Shown here: one piece after another, positions 8,673-16,743 of the stretch | Layout of the letters: each line of letters opens with the position of its first letter | Numbering within the stretch: the first letter of the stretch is position 1 | Source of the DNA: Thermoplasmata archaeon | Lineage (GTDB): Archaea; Thermoplasmatota; Thermoplasmata; Lutacidiplasmatales; UBA184 | Assembly (NCBI GenBank): GCA_022749895.1 | Contig: JAKIWS010000005.1 | Location: 8,827 to 72,826, forward strand | Reading direction: 5' to 3' | Length of the DNA stretch: 64,000 nt | Notes under the pieces: generated by a model | What the model saw: the letters and a program-made list of their open reading frames with translations, nothing else | Database searches by the model: none | Told to the model about the DNA's origin: nothing | Program-made: the position numbers and the translations under genes

Positions 8673-10256
8673 ATGCGCCGAGCTTCGGGTAAGAATGTAG
8701 GTGCGGTAGCGACTACGGCCATACTGGTGCTCGCCGGGGTCGCGGTGTTGGGGTTCGGTCTCCTCAGCACGCACTCGGCGGTCTCCGTGGGGATTCCCCA
8801 CGGGGGTGCGGTCGCGCCGTTCACCAAGGCCGTCCACCCCGCGGCGGCCCCGAAGCCCCTAGCGCCCCCAAGTCCGCCCGTCACCGTGACGGTAGCGATC
8901 ACCGCGCAGCCGCCCACGAGCTCCGACATTCCGCTCTCGTTCAACTTCTCGGTGGTCGTGACGGGGGCCGTCGCGGACCGGCACAACCTCACGCTCACCG
9001 TGGCCGCCTGGGAAGTCGCCCCGAGCACGCTGATCGCGAACTACTCGGTCCACGTCGTCAAGAACCAGGTCGCCTACACCACGACGGTCGACTACGGCAA
9101 GCTCAACACCCAACTGTTCAACGGCGGAAACCTGCCGGGCGGCAACTACCAGTTCACCGTCTGGGGAACGATGGTCAACAGCACCAACGCCTCGGTGGCC
9201 ACGGCCACGGGGAGCGCGACGACGGCGCAGAGCAAGCTCTACGTCATCGACGTCCGCACGAGCCTCGCGAACGGGCTCACCCTCTACGAGACCGTGCCGT
9301 TCAACATCACGTTCAACGTGTCGATCACCGGCAACCAGGGCGTGCCGCTCCGCACGGACAGCGCGGTGCTCTCCGTCGAGGCACGGTACATCGTATCCGG
9401 CTGCGGCAGCGTCTTCGGCTTTGGTGGACCGTGTCCGTCGGTGACGAACGTGACGGTCCCGGTGGTCAACGGGACGACCTCGTACACCTTCACCGTGAAC
9501 GGCGCGTTCCTTACCGCCGGCGGCTTCGGCGCGGCGACCTCGGTCGCCGGACTCCCGCACGGGTCGTACCAGGTCATCGCCTGGGCGACGATCATGAACG
9601 CCAGCAACGCCTCGGCCGAGCCCCGGACGGGAGCGGCGGCGCACAACCAATGGCTCGTGCTCAACCCGCTCGTCGGGGCCGTGCTGTCGCCCGGCGCCAA
9701 CACGACGATCTCGACCGGCAACGTGACGATCTCGGTGGGCTACGGCGGCGACTTCATCAACGGCGCGAACGTGACGGTGACGTCACCCTCGGGCTCGACG
9801 GTGTTCGCGAACCCTGTGTTCGTCCCGGGCACCGGCTATCGGGCGGCGACCACCGTGACGCCGTGGGTCGTGACCACGCCCGGAACGTACACGATCACCC
9901 TGGTCGTGACCTCGATCCCGGGCGGGACGGCCGGAACGCTCACTGCGGTCGAGAAGGTCACGGTCGTGCCCGCGGGCGGAACGGTGTTCCAGAACACGAG
10001 CTCGTTCTCGAACCAAACGGTCATCCCGGGACTCAGCGGGGCGGTCGGCGGTGCGCTGCTGATCGTCATCGGCCTCATCATAGGCATGATCGTCGCGCTC
10101 GCCCTGGGGCGGGCGATGTGGGGCGGAGCGAAGCCCGCGCCGGCCCAGCCGTGGACCGGGACGACGTCGCCGACGGAGTGCCCCGTCTGCCACCAGACGT
10201 TCCCGACCGAAGAGGCGATGAAGGAACACTCCAAGTCCGCCCACGGGATGCAGTAA
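8673..10256 (+). CDS. Secreted membrane-anchored surface glycoprotein with C-terminal C2H2 zinc finger
   Basis: Signal peptide; Thr/Val-rich beta domains with many NxS/T; TM; PAQPW; CPVC-x12-H-x4-H. Colinear with the C-terminal third of gene 2..3073. Confidence 0.85.
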   Translation: MRRASGKNVGAVATTAILVLAGVAVLGFGLLSTHSAVSVGIPHGGAVAPFTKAVHPAAAPKPLAPPSPPVTVTVAITAQPPTSSDIPLSFNFSVVVTGAVADRHNLTLTVAAWEVAPSTLIANYSVHVVKNQVAYTTTVDYGKLNTQLFNGGNLPGGNYQFTVWGTMVNSTNASVATATGSATTAQSKLYVIDVRTSLANGLTLYETVPFNITFNVSITGNQGVPLRTDSAVLSVEARYIVSGCGSVFGFGGPCPSVTNVTVPVVNGTTSYTFTVNGAFLTAGGFGAATSVAGLPHGSYQVIAWATIMNASNASAEPRTGAAAHNQWLVLNPLVGAVLSPGANTTISTGNVTISVGYGGDFINGANVTVTSPSGSTVFANPVFVPGTGYRAATTVTPWVVTTPGTYTITLVVTSIPGGTAGTLTAVEKVTVVPAGGTVFQNTSSFSNQTVIPGLSGAVGGALLIVIGLIIGMIVALALGRAMWGGAKPAPAQPWTGTTSPTECPVCHQTFPTEEAMKEHSKSAHGMQ

Positions 10257-10270
10257 GCACCTCGGGCCGG

Positions 10271-10320
10271 CGCCGGTAGGCGCCTCCGGCGAACCCCTTC
10301 CTTTCCCTCTTTTCTTTCCT
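10271..10320 (+). terminator. Hairpin plus pyrimidine tract
   Basis: CGCCGG/CCGGCG stem followed by AACCCCTTCCTTTCCCTCTTTTCTTTCC right after the stop. Confidence 0.55.
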
Positions 10321-10362
10321 CCCAACGGCGGGCCTACCCGCCGACCCTGCGTCAGCGATTGG

Positions 10363-11145
10363 TCAGGGTCCGTCGGCAGTCGTCGTCCGGGGGGTGCGCG
10401 GTGCGGCCGGTTTCCGAGCGACGAAGACGTCGCAGCGAACTCCTTCCTCCACGCGGCTCGTCCGGCGGGCGACGAGTCCCACGTCGCGTAGGATGCGCAG
10501 CCAGGTCGCTCGAGGGAACAACCCTTCTCGGTGGACGTCGTGGACCGCCCGGACGGAGCCGTTCCTCGCGCGAAGGAGCAGGGCGTAGTGGGTCTCGTTC
10601 TCCGTCGCCTGAGGGGACGCGGGGGGCAGCGTCCATTCGAGGTAGCGGGCGCTCCGACCGGTCCCACCGCCCCGGAGCCGTTCATCGTGGCCACCTTTCC
10701 CGGTGGAGGGGCGGAACGTCTCGCGCGTATGATCGGGGATGACGAGCGCCGCGCCGCCGACGCGAAGGTGCGCGGCGACCGTCGCCATCGCGGCCCGAAG
10801 GTCGGACTCCGTCCGCATGTACATCACCGCGTCGTGGACGAAGACGCCGTCGAACGTGCGGCCGAGCCGGACCGACCGCATGTCGCCGGCCACGTGCCGG
10901 CACTCCGGATTCAGCGCGCGGCTGACCCGGCGCATCCCCGCCGACGGGTCGACCAACGTCATCGAGAACCAGCGCTTGAGATGGCTCGCGTTGTTCCCGC
11001 CCCCGCTGCCGAGCTCGAGGACGTCCCGGACCGGGATGCGGGCCTCGCGACGGAGCCGTAGCGCGGCATCCCCCGCCTCCCCCGCGTAGTCGGCGGGGTC
11101 GGAGATCAGCGGCCAGAAGCTCGCGGCGGCTCGGTACATCTTCAT
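10363..11145 (-). CDS. Class I SAM-dependent methyltransferase
   Basis: VLELGSGGG; GDMRSVRLGRTFDGVFVHDAVMYM. Confidence 0.85.
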   Translation of the reverse strand: MKMYRAAASFWPLISDPADYAGEAGDAALRLRREARIPVRDVLELGSGGGNNASHLKRWFSMTLVDPSAGMRRVSRALNPECRHVAGDMRSVRLGRTFDGVFVHDAVMYMRTESDLRAAMATVAAHLRVGGAALVIPDHTRETFRPSTGKGGHDERLRGGGTGRSARYLEWTLPPASPQATENETHYALLLRARNGSVRAVHDVHREGLFPRATWLRILRDVGLVARRTSRVEEGVRCDVFVARKPAAPRTPRTTTADGP

Positions 11146-11194
11146 ACACGCCGCGCGCCCGCTCCCGGCCCTCGGGCGCGAGCGGGTTCCCGCC

Positions 11195-12427
11195 TCAAAG
11201 GAACTTGGCGCGGGAGAAGGTCCGGCGCCAGGCGAGGACCTCCTTCCCGACCCGGTCGCGCCCGATCCCTCCGCGCACCAACAGGTCGGCGAGGCGATCC
11301 ATGTCGCCGGGGACGAGGCCCAACCGGGCGATCTCGGCGGTGCCGAGACGTCCGACCAGGTCGGTGATCAACCGATGCCTTTCCCACCGCCGCGCCAGGA
11401 CGGCCGCGGAGACGCCGTGGCGGCGGCGGAGCTCCCCGCGGTCGAGATGGACCTGGTGGGATTCGGTGAAACCGAGCTCGCGGCCGCGGACCGGGACGCC
11501 GCGGCCGTCGAGGGCGCCGGCCATCGCCCGGGCGTTCTCGATCGTCGCCGCGGCGTAGGCGGGGCCCACCCGCTCGAGCTCCAGGAGCGTCTGGGCGACC
11601 CCCGCGATCCGATTCCAGTGGGCGTTGTCGAAGACCCGCCAAACGAGCGCCGGGGCGATCTGGGCGAACAGCTCGGTGCGGTTGGTCAGCAGAAGACCGC
11701 CCTGCGGTCCGGGGAACGACTTGTGGGTGCTGCCGAAGACGACGTCGGCCCCGTCGCGCAGCGGGTCCTGGAACCGGCCGCCGGCGATCAGGCCCAAGAC
11801 GTGGGAGGCGTCGTAGAACAGGAGGGCGTTGTGCCGGTGCAGCTCTTCCGCGAGCGCCCGCACCGGGTAGGGGAACAGGAAGAAGCTCTGGCCGAGCACG
11901 ACGGCGTCGGGACGCTCGCGCCGGACCTCTTCGACCGCGGCCGCCTCGTCGAGCGAGTTGCCGGGTCCCTCCGCCGGAAGGGGCCGGACCGTCCATCCGA
12001 AAAGTGCCGGGATGTATCCGGGTGCGTAGCCATCGTACCCACCTTGTTCCGGTGCGATCGCGAGGATCTTGGCGCCCCGGGGCAGCAGCGGGACGAGGGC
12101 CGAGAGCGCGGCGATATGACCCGATAGGGGCCGCACGGTCGCGTGCTGGGCATGGAACAAGCGTGCGGCGGCGGCATCGGCGAGCGCCTCGATCGCGTCC
12201 GCGTACCGCGTCCCGGCGTAACTGTTGTCGATCGTTTCGCCGTCGAACGGTAGGGGGCCGGGCAACGTGTACCGACCGGCGAGGTCGCTCGCGAGGTATT
12301 TCCGCGCGGTGGGGGAGACGGCGTTCTCGCTCGGGAGGAGGTTGAACACCTCCCGGCCGCGCCACCGGTCGTGGGCGCGGACGAGCTGCCCGAGCCGCTT
12401 CTCCTCAGCGGCGGTGTCGACCGCCAT
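11195..12427 (-). CDS. glyA: Serine hydroxymethyltransferase
   Basis: NLLPSEN, YDASHVLGLIAGG and STHKSFPGPQGG (PLP lysine). Confidence 0.93.
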   Translation of the reverse strand: MAVDTAAEEKRLGQLVRAHDRWRGREVFNLLPSENAVSPTARKYLASDLAGRYTLPGPLPFDGETIDNSYAGTRYADAIEALADAAAARLFHAQHATVRPLSGHIAALSALVPLLPRGAKILAIAPEQGGYDGYAPGYIPALFGWTVRPLPAEGPGNSLDEAAAVEEVRRERPDAVVLGQSFFLFPYPVRALAEELHRHNALLFYDASHVLGLIAGGRFQDPLRDGADVVFGSTHKSFPGPQGGLLLTNRTELFAQIAPALVWRVFDNAHWNRIAGVAQTLLELERVGPAYAAATIENARAMAGALDGRGVPVRGRELGFTESHQVHLDRGELRRRHGVSAAVLARRWERHRLITDLVGRLGTAEIARLGLVPGDMDRLADLLVRGGIGRDRVGKEVLAWRRTFSRAKFL

Positions 12428-13046
12428 GATCCCGACCGCCGTGCTCGCGACGGGCTCCGGGCGGCGGGCCCGAGCTCGTCGGGCCGCCCGAACCCTCGAC
12501 CCCCGCGAGCTTGCGCCGCTCGCGGTTGCCGCACCGCGGGCAGGTGAGATCCTTCCCGGTCGGGGCCAAGAGGGCGTGACAGACCTGGCAGCGGGCGGAG
12601 ACGACGCCGAGTTCCAGGCTCTGGGTGGAGAGCTTGACGGAGCTACCGGTTTGCAGGACCCGCGCGAGGACGATGTCCCCCGGCTGGAACTCGTCCCCGA
12701 GGGTCTCGGTGTAGCCGTCCTTCGCTTTCGAGATGTGAACGGTCCCTTCGGGCGCGCCGGGGACGGTGCGCTTGTTCGATCCCACGGCGATGATCGTGCA
12801 GACCGCCATCGCGCTTTTGACCTCGTCGACGCGCGCGTACACGAGGTCGCCTTCCTTGACCTCCGGGATCGCGTTGATCGCTTCGACGCGGACCGCTCGG
12901 TCCGACGGGTCCACCCGGGCGTGGCCGAGGAGGGCCGCGTAGATCCGACCGCTGTCCTCGTAGGTCCCGCGCCCCGGGACGAACTCTTCCGCGGTGCCGA
13001 GCAGTTCGCCGGGGAGTACCAGCCGGTCGTTGGGGGAATCGCTCAT
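12405..13046 (-). CDS. csl4: Exosome RNA-binding protein Csl4
   Basis: VLPGELLG..EEF.PG.GTYE, S1 domain, C-terminal CxxC..CPRCG..E.RK zinc ribbon. Confidence 0.93.
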   Translation of the reverse strand: MSDSPNDRLVLPGELLGTAEEFVPGRGTYEDSGRIYAALLGHARVDPSDRAVRVEAINAIPEVKEGDLVYARVDEVKSAMAVCTIIAVGSNKRTVPGAPEGTVHISKAKDGYTETLGDEFQPGDIVLARVLQTGSSVKLSTQSLELGVVSARCQVCHALLAPTGKDLTCPRCGNRERRKLAGVEGSGGPTSSGPPPGARREHGGRDHGGRHRR

Positions 13047-13624
13047 CGATCCTGTCCGCGTCGCAGCACCCACAGGTCGACCGGGATCTCGGCGCGTCGC
13101 TTCCGATGATGCGGAAACGTCCGCGCGAGCTCCCAGCGCACCGGCCGGGTCACCTCGATCCGCGCGGCGCGCGCGACCGCGCGGCGCTCTATAAAGGTTC
13201 GCGACGCCGCCGAAGCGAAGGCGTAGATCGCCCCGTCGGCGAGGGCGAACGCCGCCTCCCAGAACGGAGCGTCGGCGTGCTTCGTCTGCGCCCCGAACGG
13301 CGGGTTCATGATGACCGTGTGGACCGTGGGCCCGCTCGCGTCGACCTCCCGCGTCTCGAAGGCGACGTCGACGCCCTGGCTCATCGCGTTCGACCGTGCC
13401 ACCGCGACGGCGGCGGGGTCGATCTCCACGCCCCGGACGAGGGCGCCCAGGAGGGCCGCTCCGATCGCGAGCACCCCTGTGCCGCTCCCGAGGTCGAGGA
13501 CGTTACGGCCCTCCAGGTCCCCCCGCAGGTCGGCCTCCCCGAGGAGCTCCGTCGCGAGCTCCGCCGGCGTGACGACCTGCTCGAGTTCCGCCTTCGGATC
13601 CGGGTACGGCGCCAGGCGGCCCAA
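13043..13624 (-). CDS. METTL5-family N6-adenine methyltransferase; true start probably further upstream
   Basis: PKAELEQ..TPAE, VLDLGSGTGVL, MNPPFGAQ..HAD. Confidence 0.85.
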   Translation of the reverse strand: MGRLAPYPDPKAELEQVVTPAELATELLGEADLRGDLEGRNVLDLGSGTGVLAIGAALLGALVRGVEIDPAAVAVARSNAMSQGVDVAFETREVDASGPTVHTVIMNPPFGAQTKHADAPFWEAAFALADGAIYAFASAASRTFIERRAVARAARIEVTRPVRWELARTFPHHRKRRAEIPVDLWVLRRGQDR

Positions 13625-13696
13625 CGTTCGACGGAGCTCCCCGGTGCGGGGGGTTCGGGGCTCCGCGGGGGGTACGATCGCCGCGGTCGGGGACGA

Positions 13697-13812
13697 TGCG
13701 GGGAGCCGGATTCGAACCGGCGAACGCCTTCGCGGCAGGATCTCCCGGGTCCGGGCCGGGGCCGCTCGACCGTTTAAGTCCTGCGCCGTTGCCCTGGCTT
13801 GGCTATCCCCGC
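13697..13812 (-). tRNA. tRNA-Leu(TAA) with 31-nt intron at 37/38 (13742-13772)
   Basis: GCGGGGA/TCCCCGC acceptor stem, CAGGA/TCCTG anticodon stem, long variable arm, GCCGG-TTCGAAT-CCGGC T arm, discriminator A. Confidence 0.92.
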
Positions 13813-13816
13813 GCCG

Positions 13817-14116
13817 TTACCGGGCCGCGGGAGCCGCCGCTTCGAGCTCCTTCGCCGCGCGGGCGGGGGCTTTCTTCATCGAGACCCGCTTCGGGAAGTA
13901 CTTGAGGAGCACGACGTCGTTCACGGCGGCGACCCACCGGTAGGGCACGCTGACCGGCTTCGACTCATCGACCAATAAAGGGCTGGATTCCGCGACGAAC
14001 AGACCGTCGATCTTGGCGCCTTCCACGTCGACCACGAGGTTGTCCACTTCGCCCAAGAGGCGCCCGTCGGGGGTGTAGATCTGCCGCCCCACGAGCTCCG
14101 TCATCTCGACCAGCAT
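13817..14116 (-). CDS. PRC-barrel protein (CdpB-like)
   Basis: LVGRQIYTPDGRLLGEVDNLVVD..VPYRWVAAVNDVVLL. Confidence 0.85.
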   Translation of the reverse strand: MLVEMTELVGRQIYTPDGRLLGEVDNLVVDVEGAKIDGLFVAESSPLLVDESKPVSVPYRWVAAVNDVVLLKYFPKRVSMKKAPARAAKELEAAAPAAR

Positions 14117-14183
14117 CGTCGCGCCCTCGGAGCGAGGAGCAGGTCGCCCCCTCTTAATCCTTGGGTCGGAAGCGAACGGAATC

Positions 14184-15971
14184 TCACGACTCGGGCGCCG
14201 CCGGACGCGCCGGGGCCTGCTTGACCTGCGCGCGGTACATCGTCACGAGCTCGTCGGAGGTCGTCGCTTCGGTCGGTCCCTTGTCGTCGCGCCATTTCCC
14301 CGTCGAGCGCGGGAACCGGAGCGCCAAGCCCGCGTCGGGACGGATCTTGCCTACGCCGGCCCGGTGGATCGGGCTCAACGTGAGCTCGGCGCCGCGCACC
14401 TCGAGGACGAAATGGGGTTCGATCCACTGGTCCGGTTCGAGCTCGGTCAGGAGGCCTTTCGGACGCTCGGCGACCTCCTTCGACTTGAGCTTCGCCGGCA
14501 GGCCCGCGACCGTCGCGTCGTCGAAGCCGCCCCCGACCTTGCAGAACGACTCGTACCGGTCCTCCTCGGGGTTGTAGGTGGCCAGGAGGAGCGCGCCGTA
14601 CCCTCCCGCGCGACGACCTCGGCCGTAGAACGCGCCGACGACGACGCCATCGATCGTGTCGCCGAGGGTGTGCGTGTAGTCGCGCTTGTACTTGATCCAC
14701 CAGAAGCCGCGCGCCCCGGCCCGGTACGAGCTTCCGGCGGCGATCGATTTCGCCATGATCCCCTCGCAGCCGTCGGCGATCGCGGCGTCGAACCAGGTCT
14801 GGGCCCCCTCGACATCGTGGACGACCTTCTGCTGGGCGAGTCGAACTCGGTCCGTCGGCCGGACGAGCGTGACGAGTTCCTTCCGCCGATCCGGCAGCGG
14901 CCGATCCATGACCGACGTGCCGCCGGCCATCAGGGTGTCGAACAGGAACAGGCAGACCGGGATCTCGTCCTGAATCTTGTCGAGGTCGTACTTCCGGCCG
15001 CGGCGGCGGGAGACCTCCTGGAACGGACGGATCTCGTCCGTCTCCGGGTCGATCGGAACGCACTCTCCCTCGACGATCGCCGGTTTGTGCCGGATCGCCC
15101 GCGGCAAGTCGGCGACGAGTTCCGGGAATTGTGCGCTGATGTTCTCGAGGCGGCGCGAGAACAGCTTCACGGCCCCTTCGGAGGGGATGTGCGCCTGCAC
15201 GCGCAGGCCGTCGTACTTGTACTCGATCGCCGCCCCCTCGGGCATCCGCTCGAGGATCTCGGCGAGATTCGTCGCCCGCTCGGCGAGCATGGGCCGCACG
15301 GGCCGTCCGACCTCGAGGCCGATCGAGCTGAGGGCGTCGAGCGAGCCGCTCGCGAGCGTCGCGGCCACGTGACCGAGGTCGCTCGAGAGGTTGTACGCCG
15401 CCTCGATGCGGCTGCGGGCCTCCTTCGAACCGTCGGCGAACGCGACGCCCAGGGCGTCCAGAAGGGACATCTCGCGGACGCCGAGCCGGAGCGTTCCCAG
15501 GACGAAGCGAAGCACGTACTTCCCCTCGGCCGGAGTGGCGCGGTTGAGGAGGTCGACGAGCGTGCGGACCTTGACCTCCTGCGAACCTTCCCCCGAGGCG
15601 CGCGCGATGGACGTGAAGCCGGCGTAGACCTCCTCGACCTCGAGCGGCGCCGCGGTGTCGAGCCGCGGTCGCTTTTCGAGCAGCGTCGCCGCCGTCGTCC
15701 CGAGGTCGCCGCTCGCGCGGACCGAGGCGGTCACCTCCGCGGCGGAAGCCCCGGTCGCTTGGACCACCGCCTTGCGCGCGAGGGAGTCCGCGACGCCGAG
15801 CTCGACGCCCTCGTACTCGGGGCGCAACATTCCCTGCGACAAGTAGAGGACGATTGGGAGATCCTTCGACGGCGTGGCGCGGAGGAGCTCTACCAAGATC
15901 GAGCGCATCTCGAGGCGCTTCGACGTCGCCTCGATCCGGTCGTACCAGGCGACCAGGTCAGCGAACCGCAC
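14184..15971 (-). CDS. lig: ATP-dependent DNA ligase
   Basis: EYKYDGLRVQAH motif I, EGIMAK, YRAGARGFWWIKYK, LRFPR; GTG start at 15971. Confidence 0.96.
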   Translation of the reverse strand: MRFADLVAWYDRIEATSKRLEMRSILVELLRATPSKDLPIVLYLSQGMLRPEYEGVELGVADSLARKAVVQATGASAAEVTASVRASGDLGTTAATLLEKRPRLDTAAPLEVEEVYAGFTSIARASGEGSQEVKVRTLVDLLNRATPAEGKYVLRFVLGTLRLGVREMSLLDALGVAFADGSKEARSRIEAAYNLSSDLGHVAATLASGSLDALSSIGLEVGRPVRPMLAERATNLAEILERMPEGAAIEYKYDGLRVQAHIPSEGAVKLFSRRLENISAQFPELVADLPRAIRHKPAIVEGECVPIDPETDEIRPFQEVSRRRGRKYDLDKIQDEIPVCLFLFDTLMAGGTSVMDRPLPDRRKELVTLVRPTDRVRLAQQKVVHDVEGAQTWFDAAIADGCEGIMAKSIAAGSSYRAGARGFWWIKYKRDYTHTLGDTIDGVVVGAFYGRGRRAGGYGALLLATYNPEEDRYESFCKVGGGFDDATVAGLPAKLKSKEVAERPKGLLTELEPDQWIEPHFVLEVRGAELTLSPIHRAGVGKIRPDAGLALRFPRSTGKWRDDKGPTEATTSDELVTMYRAQVKQAPARPAAPES

Positions 15972-16653
15972 GCTTCGCCCCCGCGACGACCGCGTCGCGC
16001 AGCATAGCGAGGTTCGATTCGACGCGCCCGCCCGTGAACACCGAGTTGCCGCAGACAAAGAACGACGCTCCCGCGGCCGCGGCCTCGGCCCCGGTCTCCG
16101 CCGTTACGCCGCCGTCGATCGAGAGCTCCGCGTTCGACCCCATCGTGTCGAGCGCGGCGCGGGCTTGGCGGAGCTTGGGGAGAGCCTCCGTCAGGAACGA
16201 CTGCCCGGAGAAACCGGGATGGACGCTCATCACCAGGAGCTCGTCGAGGTCCCCGAGCCATCGAGCGGCGGCTTCGAGCGGGGTCTCCGGGTTCACGGCG
16301 AGCCCGACCTCCACACCTAGCGCGCGAATCTTCGGAATCAACTCGCGAGGAGATCCGTCCGCCTCGACGTGAAAGACCAGGGTGGAACCACCGGCGGCCG
16401 CGAACGCTTCCACGTACTGGGCCGGCTTTTGGATCATCAGGTGCACGTCGAGCGGGAGCTTCGTACGGGAGCGGACCGCGCGCACGAGCGCCGGGCCGAA
16501 CGAGATGTTCGGGACAAAATGGCCGTCCATCACATCGAGGTGGAGCGCGTCCGCCCCGCCGGCTTCCGCGGCCGCGACCGCGGCCCCGAGTTCGGCGAAA
16601 TCCGCGCTCAGAAGCGACGGGGCGAGCCGAAGCCTCCGGCTCGCCGAGGTCAC
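15958..16653 (-). CDS. rpe: Ribulose-phosphate 3-epimerase
   Basis: LAPSLLSADF, HLDVMDGHFVPN, MSVHPGFSGQ, IDGG. Confidence 0.95.
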   Translation of the reverse strand: MTSASRRLRLAPSLLSADFAELGAAVAAAEAGGADALHLDVMDGHFVPNISFGPALVRAVRSRTKLPLDVHLMIQKPAQYVEAFAAAGGSTLVFHVEADGSPRELIPKIRALGVEVGLAVNPETPLEAAARWLGDLDELLVMSVHPGFSGQSFLTEALPKLRQARAALDTMGSNAELSIDGGVTAETGAEAAAAGASFFVCGNSVFTGGRVESNLAMLRDAVVAGAKRAVR

Positions 16654-16674
16654 GAGCGCCCGTGTCCGGTCGAG

Positions 16675-16683
16675 TATATATAT
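16675..16683. promoter_or_regulatory. TATA element TATATATAT between the divergent rpe and binding-protein genes
   Basis: 22 nt upstream of the rpe GTG on the minus strand. Confidence 0.55.
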
Positions 16684-16743
16684 CACCTACGGGGTCGGAC
16701 CGCTAAGTTTCCGGGGAACCGGGATCTCTTGGGTGAGAACTAC

